DNA from: the human T2T-CHM13v2.0 reference genome, Homo sapiens
Length of the DNA: 64,000 nucleotides
NCBI RefSeq assembly: GCF_009914755.1
Contig: NC_060925.1
Strand: one strand, 5' to 3'
Positions 12,757-31,756 of the stretch are shown here, in pieces (the stretch's first letter is position 1; each line of letters starts with the position of its first letter). Both the position numbers and the translations under genes were made by a program. The notes below the pieces were generated by a model, which had not been told where the DNA came from, made no database searches, and was given only the letters and a program-made list of their open reading frames with translations.

Positions 12757-13206
12757 AGGGCAGGACAGTTCTCTGGGTGTTCTTGGACCAACCTGTCCTC
12801 CTTGCTTTCTAACTTGTAGTTCTCAAGAATAACTGTAGAATGTGCTGAGAATACAACATCCTGAGATCCAGAGGGACTGGCCAGAACAGCCAGCTCTGTT
12901 CCAGCTCCTCCAAAAACAGGATGTCCTTCACTGCTGGGGCTCAGCAAGTCCTGTTACTCCAAGCAGCTTTCCAGGGTCCCTCAGCAGCAGTTCTAGTGAG
13001 GCCTGCACAGATGAGATTCCACCCACCGTGGGCAGCTTTCCTGAGCCTGTGAGGAGCAGCTCACAACAAATCCTAGGCTTCTATTGTCCCTTGCAGCCTA
13101 TCTATCTGTAAGTAAACACCTGCTTTGTGTAATTTGTGTGTGGGTTTGTTCTATCTCACCAAACTCAAAAAAGTTGGTAACCAGCACATAGTAAACCTGC
13201 TTCACA
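12757..13206 (+). mobile_element. ERVL LTR (LTR47-like)
   Basis: tgtagttctcaagaataactgtagaatgtgctg...aagttggtaaccagcacatagtaaacctgcttcaca. Confidence 0.65.
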
Positions 13207-16200
13207 CTGAGTACCTGGAACATGACAAGCGCACACTAACACATGTGTCCAGTGACTTGGCAGGAGGCAGAGAAGCAGGAACCAGCCCTTCTGTGGTCCC
13301 TGATCCCAGATCCTCAGGCTGCTCTCCCCCTGCTGCTCCTCCATGTGTCTTTCCCATTCCTGGGTCTCAGAGGACACCAAGAAGCTTGGAAACCCCCATG
13401 ACTCAGGAGCCTCCTTCTCAGGGTTTTGGCCTTCCAGACCCCTGCCTGCCCTGAGTTGGTGATAACTCACGTACCTGAGCAGTCAGAGGCCATTTGCTTC
13501 ATGGTGATGTTGACTTTTACTGGTGAAGAGGCAAAATTTCCCCTACTTTCTGCACTGCACAGTAATGGGGCATAAATTCACGGGGCTTGAGAGACCTCAA
13601 GGCCCAGGAGGATCCCTCCAGGGGACACCCAGCATGGGCGTTCTGTGGGTGCCCTCCAGGACCCCTCAGAGAGTGGTGGACTCTGTCATCGCCAATCTTC
13701 TGGGTGACAGGCTTGCCCAAGGGTGGCCAGGAGGAGACAGAGCTAAGAGTTCCCCTCCACCCTCCATCTAGGACTAGGGCTCAGTCCACTCCTCTCCTGA
13801 CCTCTCCAGGATGGGTTTGCCTCTGAGTGCCCCCATCCATGCTCTCTGCACTTGATTTCCAATAGAGGCTCAAAGTGTGCCCTTTGCAAGGGTCAATACA
13901 CTCACTGGGGGAGGCCACAGTCTCTGCAGGGTCTGCCCATTCTCCCTAAGCCTGCAGTCATGGAGCAGCAATAAAGCCAACAGTTTCAGTTTCAGGCAGG
14001 AAATAGGAGGGAATCTTGCTCGGCCAAATACCAGAGTGACTTAAGTGTTAGTTTCACCTATTGTAATGGATGGTTGTAAGTTAAGGTGAGAACAGTGGTC
14101 ACACTTGGCTGGCTCCCTTCTGCAGGATAGAGTGAAGTCAATCAGCAATGGAGGTTTGAGGGGTGCAGGCTCAGAGAGGCAAGAAGGTGTTTCTCAACTT
14201 ATTGGTGAGAAAACTCAGATCCAGAGAGGTAAAGACACTTGCCTAAGGTCACACAGCACAGTGACAACAGAGCAGGGGTTGGAACTCAGCTCTTTCCAGG
14301 AGAGGACACTGCCCCAATACCAACATTACAGGTGGGGGTGGAGAGAGAGAGGCCACACAGTGGGGACTGGGCAGTAGGAGAGGGCAGAGAATGTCCAGCC
14401 ACGTGCACTCCATAAGGACAGGGCCTACTGTGTCCCTTGTTTTCTGCTGCATCTGCAGGGCCTGGCACACAATAGGTGCTCCATAAATGTCCATTCCCTG
14501 CAGAATCCCCAGGCCCTCCTCACTGGGTTGCCAAGGCTGCATGGGCTGGTGGAGGCCCAGCATTTGCTGCTGCACTTCCCCATCTCCTCCCCACAGCTGT
14601 GCAGTCACATGCCCCAAGCTCCTGACTTCACTCCACCCCTTCGCTCCTGACTCCAGAAGTCTCGGCAAAGACTCGAAAATCCATCTGAGTTCAAATAAAT
14701 AAACACACACCTAAAAATGCTGCTTGTACTTCCCCTACTTCTCTGTCGTCCATCCAAGTTCTGTCTTTACTTGCCCATCCCCTCAAATCTCCAGCCCTCT
14801 GTGTCCTCCCTCTGCCCTTCCTACAGGACAGAAAGGCCCCACCTGTTTTGGAAAATGAAGGAATGAAGGAAGAGCCAATAATTACAGAACACTGTCCTCC
14901 TGCCTCTGAGGTGACAGAGCAGCTCAGCAGAGCCTTGCCCAGCTGAGTTGCAGGACGAGGACTGAGCTTAGGCGGATAGTGTGCACACATGTCACTGAGA
15001 GCCATTGAGGCCTGCAGCTGGTGACCGGGTCACGTCCGTGGCCTGAGTGCTGAGCTCACCCACAGCCATGGAGTCCATATGCATTGAGGGCTTGCTCAGA
15101 GCTGCTATCCATCACTCAGTCAATGGTGCTTGAGTGCCTGCTCTGTGCCCTGCACTGTTCCAGGACTTGGGGACACAGCTCTTCATGGAGCCAATCTTCT
15201 AGCATGTCAGACAGGCTCCAAGGTCACACCTCTTGGCCACCTTTGTCCTGCTTTGCAGAATCCTGATGCAGGACCCTCAGGGCCATGTCACTGGCAGAAT
15301 CTTGCTGGCCCCAGTCCCATGGCCTGTGATGGGGCTGTGACTACTTTCACAGGTGAGAACCAAAGGGGGCCACTGAGGCTCTGCAGACCTCCTGGGCCTA
15401 TGGTCTGGGTCTCCAGGATTCCACTCAGGGCCTCCTTCCTGGTCCCATTGGGTGTTCCTATTTAGCAGTTGCCCCGACCACTCAGCTTTCTAGCCAGAGA
15501 TAAAGAGTCAGGGGAGTGGCCAGCTCTCCAGATGGACATAGATGGGGCAGGTGTGCACTCAGTGGTCATTCCTCCATTATTGCCTCTGCAGCCAGAGCTC
15601 TCTGTGGCCAGCTGGGAGGGCACGGAGGTGACCCTTTCATTCCCCAGTTCCCTGGGACAGATGTGTGAATCAACAGTTTCTATGTCCAGGTTAAGAATCG
15701 CCCAGCCCGCTTGGCTGCTCACCGGTTGTGTGAACTTAACCATGTCTGTTCACCTTTCTGGGCCTCAGTTTTCTCCATCCGTGAAGTGGGCACATTGGTG
15801 GTATCTGCCTTCCAGAGCTCTTGAGAAGACCCAGGCAATGATGCTGGGCATAGTACCTGGCGGTGATGAGCCTTCATGAGCAGTTACTGTGTGTTAGGAG
15901 ATGCCCCAGACCTCTTCCTTATTCTGAGCTGCAGCCCTTCCAAGTTTCTCAAACCCATCTCCTCTCCCTGTGCCTACTGTCCCAGCCAGAGTGTGGCCAT
16001 CCTCCTTGTCTCAGCCGACCCACCATGTCAAGGGGGAGAAGGACACATGGGCAAATGGTACAGATACAGAAGATTTTTACACTCACAGAGGGACTCTGCA
16101 CAGGGATGGGGCTACTTTAGAGGAGAGATCGAGGAAGGCCGTTCGGTGGAGGCGTCCCTTGATTTGGCTCTCGACAGTGTATTTTCTCAACAGTGTATTT

Positions 16201-16734
16201 TTTCCAGATGGAAACAGCTGCAGGGTGGGATGGAGGCCCCCCAGGCAGAGGAAGCATCAGGGTTAGGAGCGTGAGACTTCAGAGTGAGGCAGGCAGAGGT
16301 TTAAACCTGATGGGCAGCACTGGGGAATCCCTGGCCTGGACCCTGGCTCTGCTGCTTGCTGGTTGTACGACCTCAGATCTGAAGTCTCCCACTCTGGGCC
16401 CCAGTTTCCCATCTGTGATAAACCAGGATAAACCAGCAGGTGCACAGGTGATCACTGCAGGAGGTCCGGCTGCAGGGGGAGCTCCTGGGGTGTGAGGGCT
16501 TTGGGAATTACCAACAGAAAGGTGATAATTGAAATTTCAGATGTGAAGGGGACCCTCCAGGGAGGGTGTGGGAGGAGAAGAGATGAAGGGAAAGCAGTGG
16601 AGAGAGCCCTGGAACCTTTCCCTTGATTCTGCCCATGGACTCCTCTGATGTCAGAATAAGGAATCAGACTCTGGCCACAGCAGGAGAGTGAAAAGTTAGA
16701 CACTGGGAAGTACTTTCTCACCATGACAGAGACA

Positions 16735-16940
16735 GAGTGTAGTGGTTAAGAGGGTGCACATGAAGCCCAGCTCCCCGCTTACCTGTGACCCTGGGCAAGT
16801 GACTTGACCTCTCAGTGCCTCAGTTTCCTGATGTGTAAAATGAGGACAACAGGTATACCTGCCTCACCGTTGTCAAGAGGGTTAAATGAGATAATCCACG
16901 TATAGCGCTGTGCTCAGCACTAAGCAAGTGTTTAATGTCA
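16735..16940 (+). mobile_element. MIR
   Basis: gtgtagtggttaagag...tgtgaccctgggcaagtgacttgacctctcagtgcctcagtttcc...ttaaatgagataat. Confidence 0.85.
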
Positions 16941-16949
16941 GTTAGATGC

Positions 16950-17069
16950 AACGATGATGATGTTTATGGTGATGAGGATTCTGATGATATTAATGGTGAC
17001 AATGATGGTGATAACAATGACGATAATGAAGATGACAGTAGTGGTGGTGGTGAAGATGATGAAGATGAT
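16950..17069. repeat. Degenerate (GAT/GGT)n tract
   Basis: Direct inspection. Confidence 0.85.
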
Positions 17070-17761
<692 letters not shown>

Positions 17762-18314
17762 GGAGTGAAGATGGGTCCCAGGCCAGGCTCTTCTCAGCTC
17801 TCTGCCCCACTGTTGCCAGAGATGCCTCGTGTTCTATCCTCCCATCCTGTCCTGCCCCAGGGTTTATTGGGTGAACCTTAGTCTCCATCACTCTAGCATC
17901 AGTATTACTTAGTAAAAACTGTAGGTTGAGAGCTGGAGAGATAGAAGTATTGAAAAATGATAAAGCCTGAGGATGGAGAGCACATTTTTTTCTCAAATCA
18001 CAAAATTTGGAGCAGGGGGAAAGCCCAAGAGAGGCTGAAAACAAGGCAGGCATAAACCTCTTTGACCCTGAGGACAGAAACCTTATGGGACTGAGGGATG
18101 CAGTGGGCAGTGTCAGAAAGGCTTCCAGGACGGCCCTCAGGTTGTCTTGGGTCACTAAGGGGGCAGGAGTGTGGATGGAGGGCCCTCTATCCTTTGAAGT
18201 TCATGTCGAGAAAGTAGCCACATCCTCCCAGCTTATTTTGATAGTTTCTGTCTTAAGGAATGATGTGGACACAAATTGCAGAGCCTGTGGCAACCAAATC
18301 ACAAGTTTTCATAC

Positions 18315-18690
18315 TGTGTTAGTCCATTTTCACACTGCTATAAAGAACTCCCCTGAGACTGGGTAATTTATGAAGGAAAGAGGTTTAATTGACTCACAGT
18401 TCTGCGTGGCTGGGGAGGCCTCAGGAAACTTACAATCAAGGCAAAAAGGGAAACAGTCACCTTCTTTACAAGGTGGCAGGAGAGAGAAGAGTGAGCACAG
18501 GATAACTTCCCTTTATAAATCCATCAGATATCATGGGATTTACTCACTATCAAGAGAACAGCCTGGGGAAAACTGCCCCCACGATCCAGTCACCTCCCAC
18601 CAGGTTCCTCCCTCTCCCTCAAATGTGGGGATTATGGGTATTACAATTTGAGATGAGATTTGGATGGGAACACAGAGCCAAATCACATCA
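18315..18690 (-). mobile_element. THE1D/MSTA-type MaLR solo LTR
   Basis: tgtgttagtccattttcacactgctataaagaa...cacagagccaaatcacatca; TSD CATAC (18310-18314 / 18691-18695). Confidence 0.9.
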
Positions 18691-18784
18691 CATACTCACA
18701 TCTTCCTTTCAAGCCATCTTACATCAGGATGAGCAATTGTGTGTATAAAGTGGCTGTAACATGGAACTAGCTAAGTTGGTGCTG

Positions 18785-19847
18785 AGGATGATGGTAACGA
18801 TGGTAATGGTGATGTTAGATGATAGTAATGATAGTAATGGTGGTAATGGTAATAAGTGATGGTAGTAAGAGTAATGGTAATGTTAGTGATAATGGTACTA
18901 GTGATTATAGTGATGGTGTTGATAGTGGTGATGGTAATGGGTGATGATGGTAATAGTAATGGTAATAGTAATGGTAATGAGAGTGATGATGGTGATGGTA
19001 GTAATGATGATGATGGTGATGATGATGTAGTGGTGTTGGTAATGGTAATGAGTAACAGTAATAGTAATGGTAATGGTAATGTTACTGATTGTGATGGCAA
19101 TGAAAGTGATGATGGTGATGGTGATAATAATGGTGATGATGATAGTGGTGGTGTGATCATGATGCAGGTGTGATGGTGATAATGAGGATGATGATGATGG
19201 CTGTGGTGGTGATGGTAATGAGTGATGATGATGATGTTGATAGTAATGATGATGATGGTGATGGTAATGGTGGTAATGGTAATGTAATGTTAGTGATGAT
19301 GATGATAACAATAGTGATGACGGTGATGGTGATAGTAATGATGATGATGGTGATGGTAATGGTGGTAATGGTAATGTAATGTTAGTGATGATGATGATAA
19401 CAATAGTGATGATGGTGATGGCAATAATAATGATTATGGTGGTGATCATAATTGTAAGGAGTGATGGTGATAATGGTGATGATGATGGTTGTGGTGGTGA
19501 TGCAGTTTGTCGTAATGGTGATGGTGATTATAAGGATGATGATAATGGTGGTGATGGTCATTGTAATGAGTGATGGTGGTAATGGTGATGATGGTGATGA
19601 TGGTGATGGTGATAACAGTGATGATGATAGTGGTGGTGATGCAGGTGGTGATGATGATGAGGAGGATGATGATGGTGGTGATGGTAATGGTAATGAGTGA
19701 TGGGGATGGTGATAGTGATGGTGATGATAGTGGTGATGGTGATAATAATTGTGATGATATGATGGTGGTGCTGGTGGTGGTGATACAGATGGTGGTAATG
19801 GTGATAGTGGTGATGGTAATGGTCATGGTAATGAGAATGGTAATGAA
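18785..19847. repeat. About 1.06 kb degenerate trinucleotide (GAT/GGT/AAT) tract
   Basis: Direct inspection; source of the spurious poly-Met/Val/His ORFs. Confidence 0.95.
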
Positions 19848-20559
19848 AATAACACACACTGGTTGAATTGAACAGCTTTAATGGGGAGAGCTGTTATCTC
19901 TGATGGGGATTTGACAATCTAGAGATGCCCCAACCAGCCCTTCACATTCCCTACTGCTGTCCCTACTGCTGCTACCTGCTCTGCAGGAGAGGATCCAGGA
20001 AGCCTCGCTTTTCAGAATTCCCTTGAAGAGGACTTGGGGATAAAGCTGGCTAATTCCATCTCTAGATGTTGGCCACATCTCTTACCCCTAGGGAAAGTCT
20101 GAGGTGGAGACCGGGGAGATGCAGGTAGGCCGGGGGCAGTGGCTGTGGACAGAGGGACAGCAGGTAATTCTCAGTCCCCCTGGCTTGTTAGTGGGAGACC
20201 ATTAGCACAACAGCCCTGCCCTGAGATCAGCTCACTTTCCTGATCTAACCAGCAGTTTGGGTCATTAAACTGTACACCCAACCTGAGTCCATGCCCCTGA
20301 GAGGTTTCAGCTCAGATAGGAAATGATTCTTGTCACTAAGGCAAGAGTCTAGACACAAACCAGAGACAGAAACTATAATTTTCAATTCTAATTATGCAGT
20401 GTGAGTTAATTTTTGAAAGTAAAATAAATAACAATCAAATAAAATATCCCACCTCCAAAATAAAAAATAATTAACATCCTGAGTTATTTCTGTTCATTTA
20501 AAGGAATGGGGCATTTTTATTCTTTGCTCCCTTCCTGTTCTTATGGTTTGACTTATCCA

Positions 20560-21010
20560 TCAAGATCATTTGCTGAGCACCTACTTGTGCCAGGCACATG
20601 CTGGAGGCAAGAATGAGAAGTAAACAAGTCAGACAAGGTGCTCACCCTCCTAGGGCACATAGCCAGGAGGAAGACATAGTCCTTAAAGGAAAAGTCACAA
20701 AGACTGAAGTATGCCTTGAAATAGAGCCAAACATGCCATGTACAAGAGGCTATGTGGGAGGATAGTCAGGGGGACTAACCTGGATGGGCGGGTGATGTTA
20801 GGAGCTGATATCTAACCTGAGACTGAATAAGCCAGTTACCTGAAGAGTAGGGGCTAGAGTGATCTAGGGAGCAGGAACATCATGTGCAAAGGCCCTGGGG
20901 CAGGAAGGAGTGTGCTGGAGGGACTAAAGAAGGCCCTGGGACAGTGTGTGGTGAGGAAAGAATGTGCGAAGGTGGAGGAGGCAGCAGCCGACCTGCAGGG
21001 CTTTGTGATC
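20560..21010 (-). mobile_element. L2 fragment
   Basis: ttgctgagcacctacttgtgccaggcac...gggagcaggaacatcatgtgcaaaggccctggggcaggaaggag. Confidence 0.7.
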
Positions 21011-21796
21011 TTGGCAGCAGGGCTGGGTTTACTCAAAGTTTCCCAGCTGGCATGGAAGAGTTCTAAGTAAAGGGGCAGCTTGATTAATTTGGGGGTACTA
21101 CTAACTACACTTGACATTGTGTGGGGGGCCTGACTGCCTCTTCATGAGCCCCATCATCAGAGAGGCCTGCAGTCCTGTGGGTGCTGGTGTGGAACAGGTG
21201 GGGACATCAGAAGAGGCTGAGGACACAACTGGGTTGGTGTGTCTAGGGGCCAAGGCAGAAGCTAGAGTAGAATTACTTTAACCACCAAGGATCCAGGGAA
21301 ATCGTGGCAGGAAATGGACTTCCCCAGGTTTCCACCCAAGAGGATTTAGGTCATAAGGGCTTCCTGGGTGTTTAGGCCAAGACACCAGCTCAGCAGCACC
21401 CAACATGGGCTCATGTGTTTGGATGGCCTGACCCTCTGTGGGGAGCATCATGGCCCGATTTGACATGACAGATGTGCCTTAGCCCTGAGCAAATCATCTG
21501 TCCCAGGGGGCCCAGCGAGGGCAAACTGCTCCACAAGCCAAACCAGGCACAGCAAGGGCAGGACCACAGAGGGGGTAACAATGCCAGACTGACCTGGGCT
21601 GGGTCCCAACACAGACAAGTCCTGACCCTGCAAAGGTGGGCAAAGCTCTCCCCTCCCCTGGGCCTCAGTTTCTACATCTGCAAAATGGACACTGTCTTAC
21701 CACCACCTGGGGCATTGCCCAATTTAAACACACACACACACACACACACACACATAAACAGAACAAAACTGAACCAGCCCTTACAGTCCTCTAGAG

Positions 21797-22347
21797 GCCC
21801 CTACCCAACCTTTTTGGCACCATGGATTGCTTTTATGGAAGACAATTTTTCCACAGATAGGCATGGAGGGGGAATGGTTTTGAGATGATTCAAGTGATTA
21901 CATTTATTGTGCACATTATTTCTGTTATTATTACATTGTAATTATTGTTATTATTACATTATATATTACAATGTAATAAATAATGAAATAATTATATAAC
22001 TCACCATAATGTAGAATCAGTGGGATGTCTGAGCTTGTTTTTCTGCAACTAGATGGTCCCATCTGGGGGTGATGGGAGACAGTGACAGATCATCAGGCAT
22101 TAGATTCTCATAAGGAGTGTGCAACCTAGATCCCTTGCATACGCAGTTCACAATTCTCCTATGAGAATCTAATGCCGCCATTAATCTGACAGGAGGTGGA
22201 TCTCAGGCAGTAATACAAGCAACGGGGAGTGGTTGTAAATACAGCGGAAGCTTCGCTTGCCCCACTGCTCACCTCCTTTTTTGTGGCCCAGTTCCTAACA
22301 GGCCACAGATCAGTGCCAGTTCATAGCCCAGGGGTCACGGACCCCTG
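21797..22347 (+). mobile_element. MER1A (hAT-Charlie) DNA transposon
   Basis: cccaacctttttggcacca...ggaagacaatttttccac...cattagattctcataaggag...ggacccctg; degenerate 8 bp TSD ctctagag / ctctaggt. Confidence 0.85.
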
Positions 22348-22829
22348 CTCTAGGTTGTGCGGCCCTGTTTTCTGAGTGTCCAGGAAAGGGGCTGGAGTTG
22401 GGGCGGAAGGAGTGGGGGAAGCTGGAATCATGGGCTGCACTGTTTTCAGCCTGGAGAAGAGGCTGTCCACAGAAGGGAAAAGGGATTTCTCACCCTTGAA
22501 AATATCTCAGTTGCAGCCTGGATGTCTAACACCCGGGAACATCCCTGGCTGCTCTGACCTTAGATCTGGAACTAAGGCTTCGTGCAATGCCTCCCCAGCT
22601 TCCTTCCCCAGACCCAGCTCTTGCTGACAGCAACTAGAAACACAGCCCAATTCCACATTCAAGGAGCATGGGAGCTATGGGCCCACGTGCATCAGGATGG
22701 GTGAACAGAAGTGGGTGGGGCTGTGGAGATGAGGTGGGAGAGGGGCGTGGGCAGATCATGGAAGGAACTGTCAGCCTGGGGAACATGTGGATTTTACAAA
22801 CAGCAGGCAGTGGAGAGCCCTTGACAGGT

Positions 22830-22878
22830 AGAGAGAGAGAGAGAAAGAGAGAGAGAGAAAAGAGAGAGAGAGAAAGAG
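22830..22878. repeat. (GA)n tract
   Basis: Direct inspection. Confidence 0.85.
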
Positions 22879-23607
22879 GATCAATTATTTGCTTCAGATG
22901 GTAGCACACAGTCCCCTTCTGCGTGGTCCAGCACATAGTAGGTGCTCAGCAGATGCTTCCCAAGACACTGAACAGCACCTCCTGCCTGGAGCAGTGGGGC
23001 AGATTCAACAATGAGGTCCTAGCAGAGCCCCTGAGTCCACGGAGACATGGATGGGAGGGGATACTGGTGACCCCTCTGCCCCTGGCCTCTGGGTTACACA
23101 GCCCAAACCCTGGCATTAGAGCATCGTCCACACCTGGCTGCACACTCAGATCACCTGGGAGCTTTGAGACGGCACTGTGCAGGCCCAGCCCAGCCCTATC
23201 ACTGCACTGGAGACAGGGCCATTGTGGGGTGTCATGGTCAGAGGGAAGGAGGGGCAGTGGACCCAGGGCCTGCTTCTCCTGCTCTGAAGGCCTCACTTCC
23301 TAGACGGGGCAGGCCTAGGCACTCACCTGGGGCTGGCGGTGGTGGGTCCGGATGCCTGCCTGCTCCTGGCACCCCTTCGTGGGTCTGTTTAGGAGACACT
23401 GATGGTCCACATGGGATCTCTAAGCCTCTCATAACCCCACAGATGGCTTCTACTGCACCCTACTTTCTCTGTCCAGTGCCCATAGGTTCCTCAGGATGTT
23501 TTCCTCCTGCCCTGACCTCAGGGATGGGCCCCACAGCCTCTGGGGCTGTGACAGAATGAGCAGGTCTCGTCACCCATTGGTCCTTCTTTCTTATCACAGC
23601 TAAATAC

Positions 23608-24067
23608 AGTCATGTGTTGCCTAATGGCAAGGATAGTTCTGAGAAACGCATTAGCCGATTTCATTGCGGGAACATCATAGAGTGTCCTTATAAAAACCTA
23701 GATGGTGGAGCCTACTCCACACCTAGGCTAGATAAAATAGCCTATTGCTCCTAGGGTACAAACCTTACAGTGTATTGCTGTACTGAATACTGTAAGCAAC
23801 TGTAATGCAATGGTAAGTATTTGTGTATCTAAACAGAAAAGGTACAGTAAAAATACAGAATAAAATATAAAAATGGTACATGTGTGTAAGGCACTTACCA
23901 TGAATGGAGCTTGCAGGACAAGAAGCTTCTCTGGGTGAGTCTGTGAGTGAGTGGTGAGTGAATGTGACGCCCCAGGGCATTAGTGTATGGTACTGTAGAC
24001 CTTATAAACCCCATACACTTAGGTTACTCTAGGTTTATAAAATAATATTTTCTTTCTTCAAAAACAA
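23608..24067 (+). mobile_element. Tigger3-type (Tigger3b/MER7) DNA transposon, left part
   Basis: ta|cagtcatgtgttgc terminus; ttctgagaaa...cctagatggt..gcctactccacacctaggcta...gtgagtgagtggtgagtgaatgtga. Confidence 0.85.
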
Positions 24068-24070
24068 CCA

Positions 24071-25116
24071 GAGGGTGGAGCCAAGATGGCCGAATAGGAA
24101 CAGCTCCGATCTACAGCTCCCAGCGTGAGTGACGCAGAAGACGGGTGACTTCTGCATTTCCATCTGAGGTACCGGGTTCATCTCACTAGGGAGTGCCAGA
24201 CAGTGGGTGCAGGACAGTGGGTGCAGCGCACCGTGCACGAGCCAAAGCAGGGTGAGGCATTGCCTCACTCGGGAAGCACAAGGGGTCAAGGAGTTCCCTT
24301 TCCTAGTCAAAGAAAGGGGTGATAGACGGCACCTGGAAAATCAGATCACTCCCACCCTAATACTGTGCTTTTCCAGCGGGCTTAAAAAACGGCACACCAG
24401 GAGATTATATCCCACACATGGCTCGGAGGGTCCTACGCCCATGGAGTCTCCCTGATTGCTAGCACAGCAGTCTGAGATCAAACTGCAAGGTGGCAGCGAG
24501 GCTGGGGGAGGGGTGCCTGCCACTGCCCAGGCTTGATTAGGCAAACAAAGCAGCCGGGAAGCTCAAACTGGGTGGAGCCCACCACAACTCAAGGAGGCCT
24601 GCCTGCCTCTATAGGCTCCACCTCTGGGAGCAGGGCACAGACAAACAAAAAGACAGCAGTAACCTCTGCAGACTTAAATGTCCCTGTCTGACAGCTTTGA
24701 AGAGAGTAGTGGTTCTCCCAGCACGCAGCTGGAGATCTGAGAACGGGTAGACTGCCTCCTCAAGTGGGTCCTTGACCCCTGAGCAGCCTAACTGGGAGGC
24801 ACCGCCCAGTAGGGGCAGACTGACACCTCACACGGCCGGGTACTCCTCTGAGACAAAACTTCCAGAGGAACCATCAGGCAGCAGCATTTGCGGTTCACCA
24901 AGATCCGCTGTTATACAGCGACCACTGTTCTGCAGCCACCGCTGCTGATACCCAGGCAAACAGGGTCTGGAGTGGACCTCTAGCAAACTCCAACAGACCT
25001 GCAGCTGAGGGTCCTGTCTGTTAGAAGGAAAACTAACAAACAGAAAGGACATCCACACCAAAAACCCTTCTGTATGTCACCATCATCAAAGACCAAAAGT
25101 AGATAAAGCCACAAAG
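24071..25116 (+). promoter_or_regulatory. L1 5' UTR internal promoter (YY1 site caagatggcc near the 5' end)
   Basis: Canonical L1PA 5' UTR sequence, with CpG partly decayed. Confidence 0.75.
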
Positions 25117-26133
25117 ATGGGAAAAAAACAGAGCAGAAAAACTGGAAACTCTAAAAAGCAGAGCGCCTCTCCTCCTCCAAAGGAACGAAGCTCCTCACCA
25201 GCAACGGAACAAACCTGGACGGAGAATGACTTTAATGAGCTGAGAGAATAAGGCTCCAGATGATCAAACTACTCCGAGCTACAGGAGGAAATTCAAACCA
25301 ATGGCAAAGAAGTTAAAAACTTTGAAAAAAAATTAGACGAATGGATAACTAGAATAACCAACGCAGAGAAGTCCCTAAAGCAGCTGACGGAGCTGAAAGC
25401 CAAGGCTCAAGAACTACATGAAGAATGCAGAAGCCTCAGGAGCCGATGTGATCAACTGGAAGGAAGGGTATCAGTGATGGAAGACGAAATGAATGAAATG
25501 AAGCGAGAAGAGAAGTTTAGAGAAAAAAAGAATAAAAAGAAACAAACAAAACCTCCAAGAAATATGGGACTATGTGAAAAGACCAAATCTACGTCTGATT
25601 GGTGTACCTGAAAGTGACGGGGAGAATGGAACCAAGTTGGAAAACACTCTGCAGGATATAATCCAGGAGAACTTCCCCAATCTAGCAAGGCAGGCAAACA
25701 TTCAGATTTGAGAAACACACAGAACACCACAAAGATACTCCTCAAGAAGAGCAACTCCAAGACACATAATTGTCAGATTCACCAAAGTTGAAATGAGGGA
25801 AAAAATGTTAAGGGCAGCCAGAGAGAAAGGTCAGGACACCCACAAAGGGAAGGCCATCAGACTAACAGCGGATCTCTCAGCAGAAATTCTACAAGCCAGA
25901 AGAGAGTGGGGGCCAATATTCAACATTCTTAAAGAAAAGAATTTTCAACCCAGAATTTCATATCCAGCCAAACTAGCTTCATAAGTGAAGGAGAAATAAA
26001 ATCCTTTACAGACAAGCAAATGCTGAGAGATTTTGTCACCACCAGGCCTGCCCTAAAAGAGCTCCTGAAGGAAGCACTAAACATGGAAAGGAACAACCGG
26101 TACCAGCCACTGCAAAATCATGCCAAAATGTAA
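25117..26133 (+). pseudogene. ORF1: L1 ORF1p, disrupted
   Basis: ATG GGA AAA AAA CAG start; in-frame stops near 25249-25263 and frameshifts; fragment MREKMLRAAREKG...KNFQPRISYPAKL. Confidence 0.9.
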
Positions 26134-26197
26134 AGACCATCAAGGCTAGGAAGAAAACTGCCTCAACTAATGAGCAAAATAACCAGCTAACATCATA

Positions 26198-30022
<3,825 letters not shown>

Positions 30023-30246
30023 ACAATGAGAACAAATGGACACAGGATGGGGAACATCACACACCGGGGACTGTTGTGGGGTCGGGGGAGGGGGGAAGGA
30101 TAGCATTAGGAGATATACCTAATGCTAAATGACGAGTTAATGGGTGCAGCACACCAACATGGCACATGTATACATATGTGACAAACCTGCACATTGTGCA
30201 CATGTACCCTAAAACTTAAAGTGTAATAATAATAAAATTAAAAAAA

Positions 30247-30562
30247 TCCATCCCCTCAAACAAAATAATAATAATTCAGTTGTATCTAGTTGAAATCCTT
30301 CTAGTATAGTAAAAGCAATCACAGTGTTAGATTATAAAATATTACCAGATTAAATGTATTTTCACAAGAAACGGCCCAAGTAAATGATCGTATTCATCTT
30401 TCACAATGGAGAAACCCATTCTGTTGTAAGTAATCACATTATGTTAAAAGTCTAGATAAATGATCAGAATTGTCTATTATTGAACAAATAAATAAATGAC
30501 TTCCTCCTTAAAATTAGGGTTTCTTAAAATGAATAAAGTTCATTATCTGATTGAAAAAAAAA
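30247..30562 (+). other. L1 3' transduced flank (non-repeat AT-rich DNA, AATAAA and second poly(A))
   Basis: Lies between the L1 tail and the 3' TSD; AATAAA 30532-30537, A9 tract 30554-30562, TSD CAAAAACAA 24059-24067 / 30563-30571. Confidence 0.8.
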
Positions 30563-31625
<1,063 letters not shown>

Positions 31626-31756
31626 ATTTCACACAGTATCATTTTTCTTCCTGAAGGACTTCTTATATCACTTCTTATAGTATTCTGTGATTAATTATTT
31701 CAGCTTTCATATGGCTAAAAACATCTTTATTTTGCCTTCATTTTTTGGAAGCTGTT

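Noticed and set aside
13498-13520. ttcatggtga...ttgactttta also seen near 53268
   Set aside because: Two 10-mers with different spacing are too short to distinguish from chance
18771-19866. Poly-His, poly-Met/Val and Asp/Gly-rich ORFs
   Set aside because: Translations of a trinucleotide low-complexity tract
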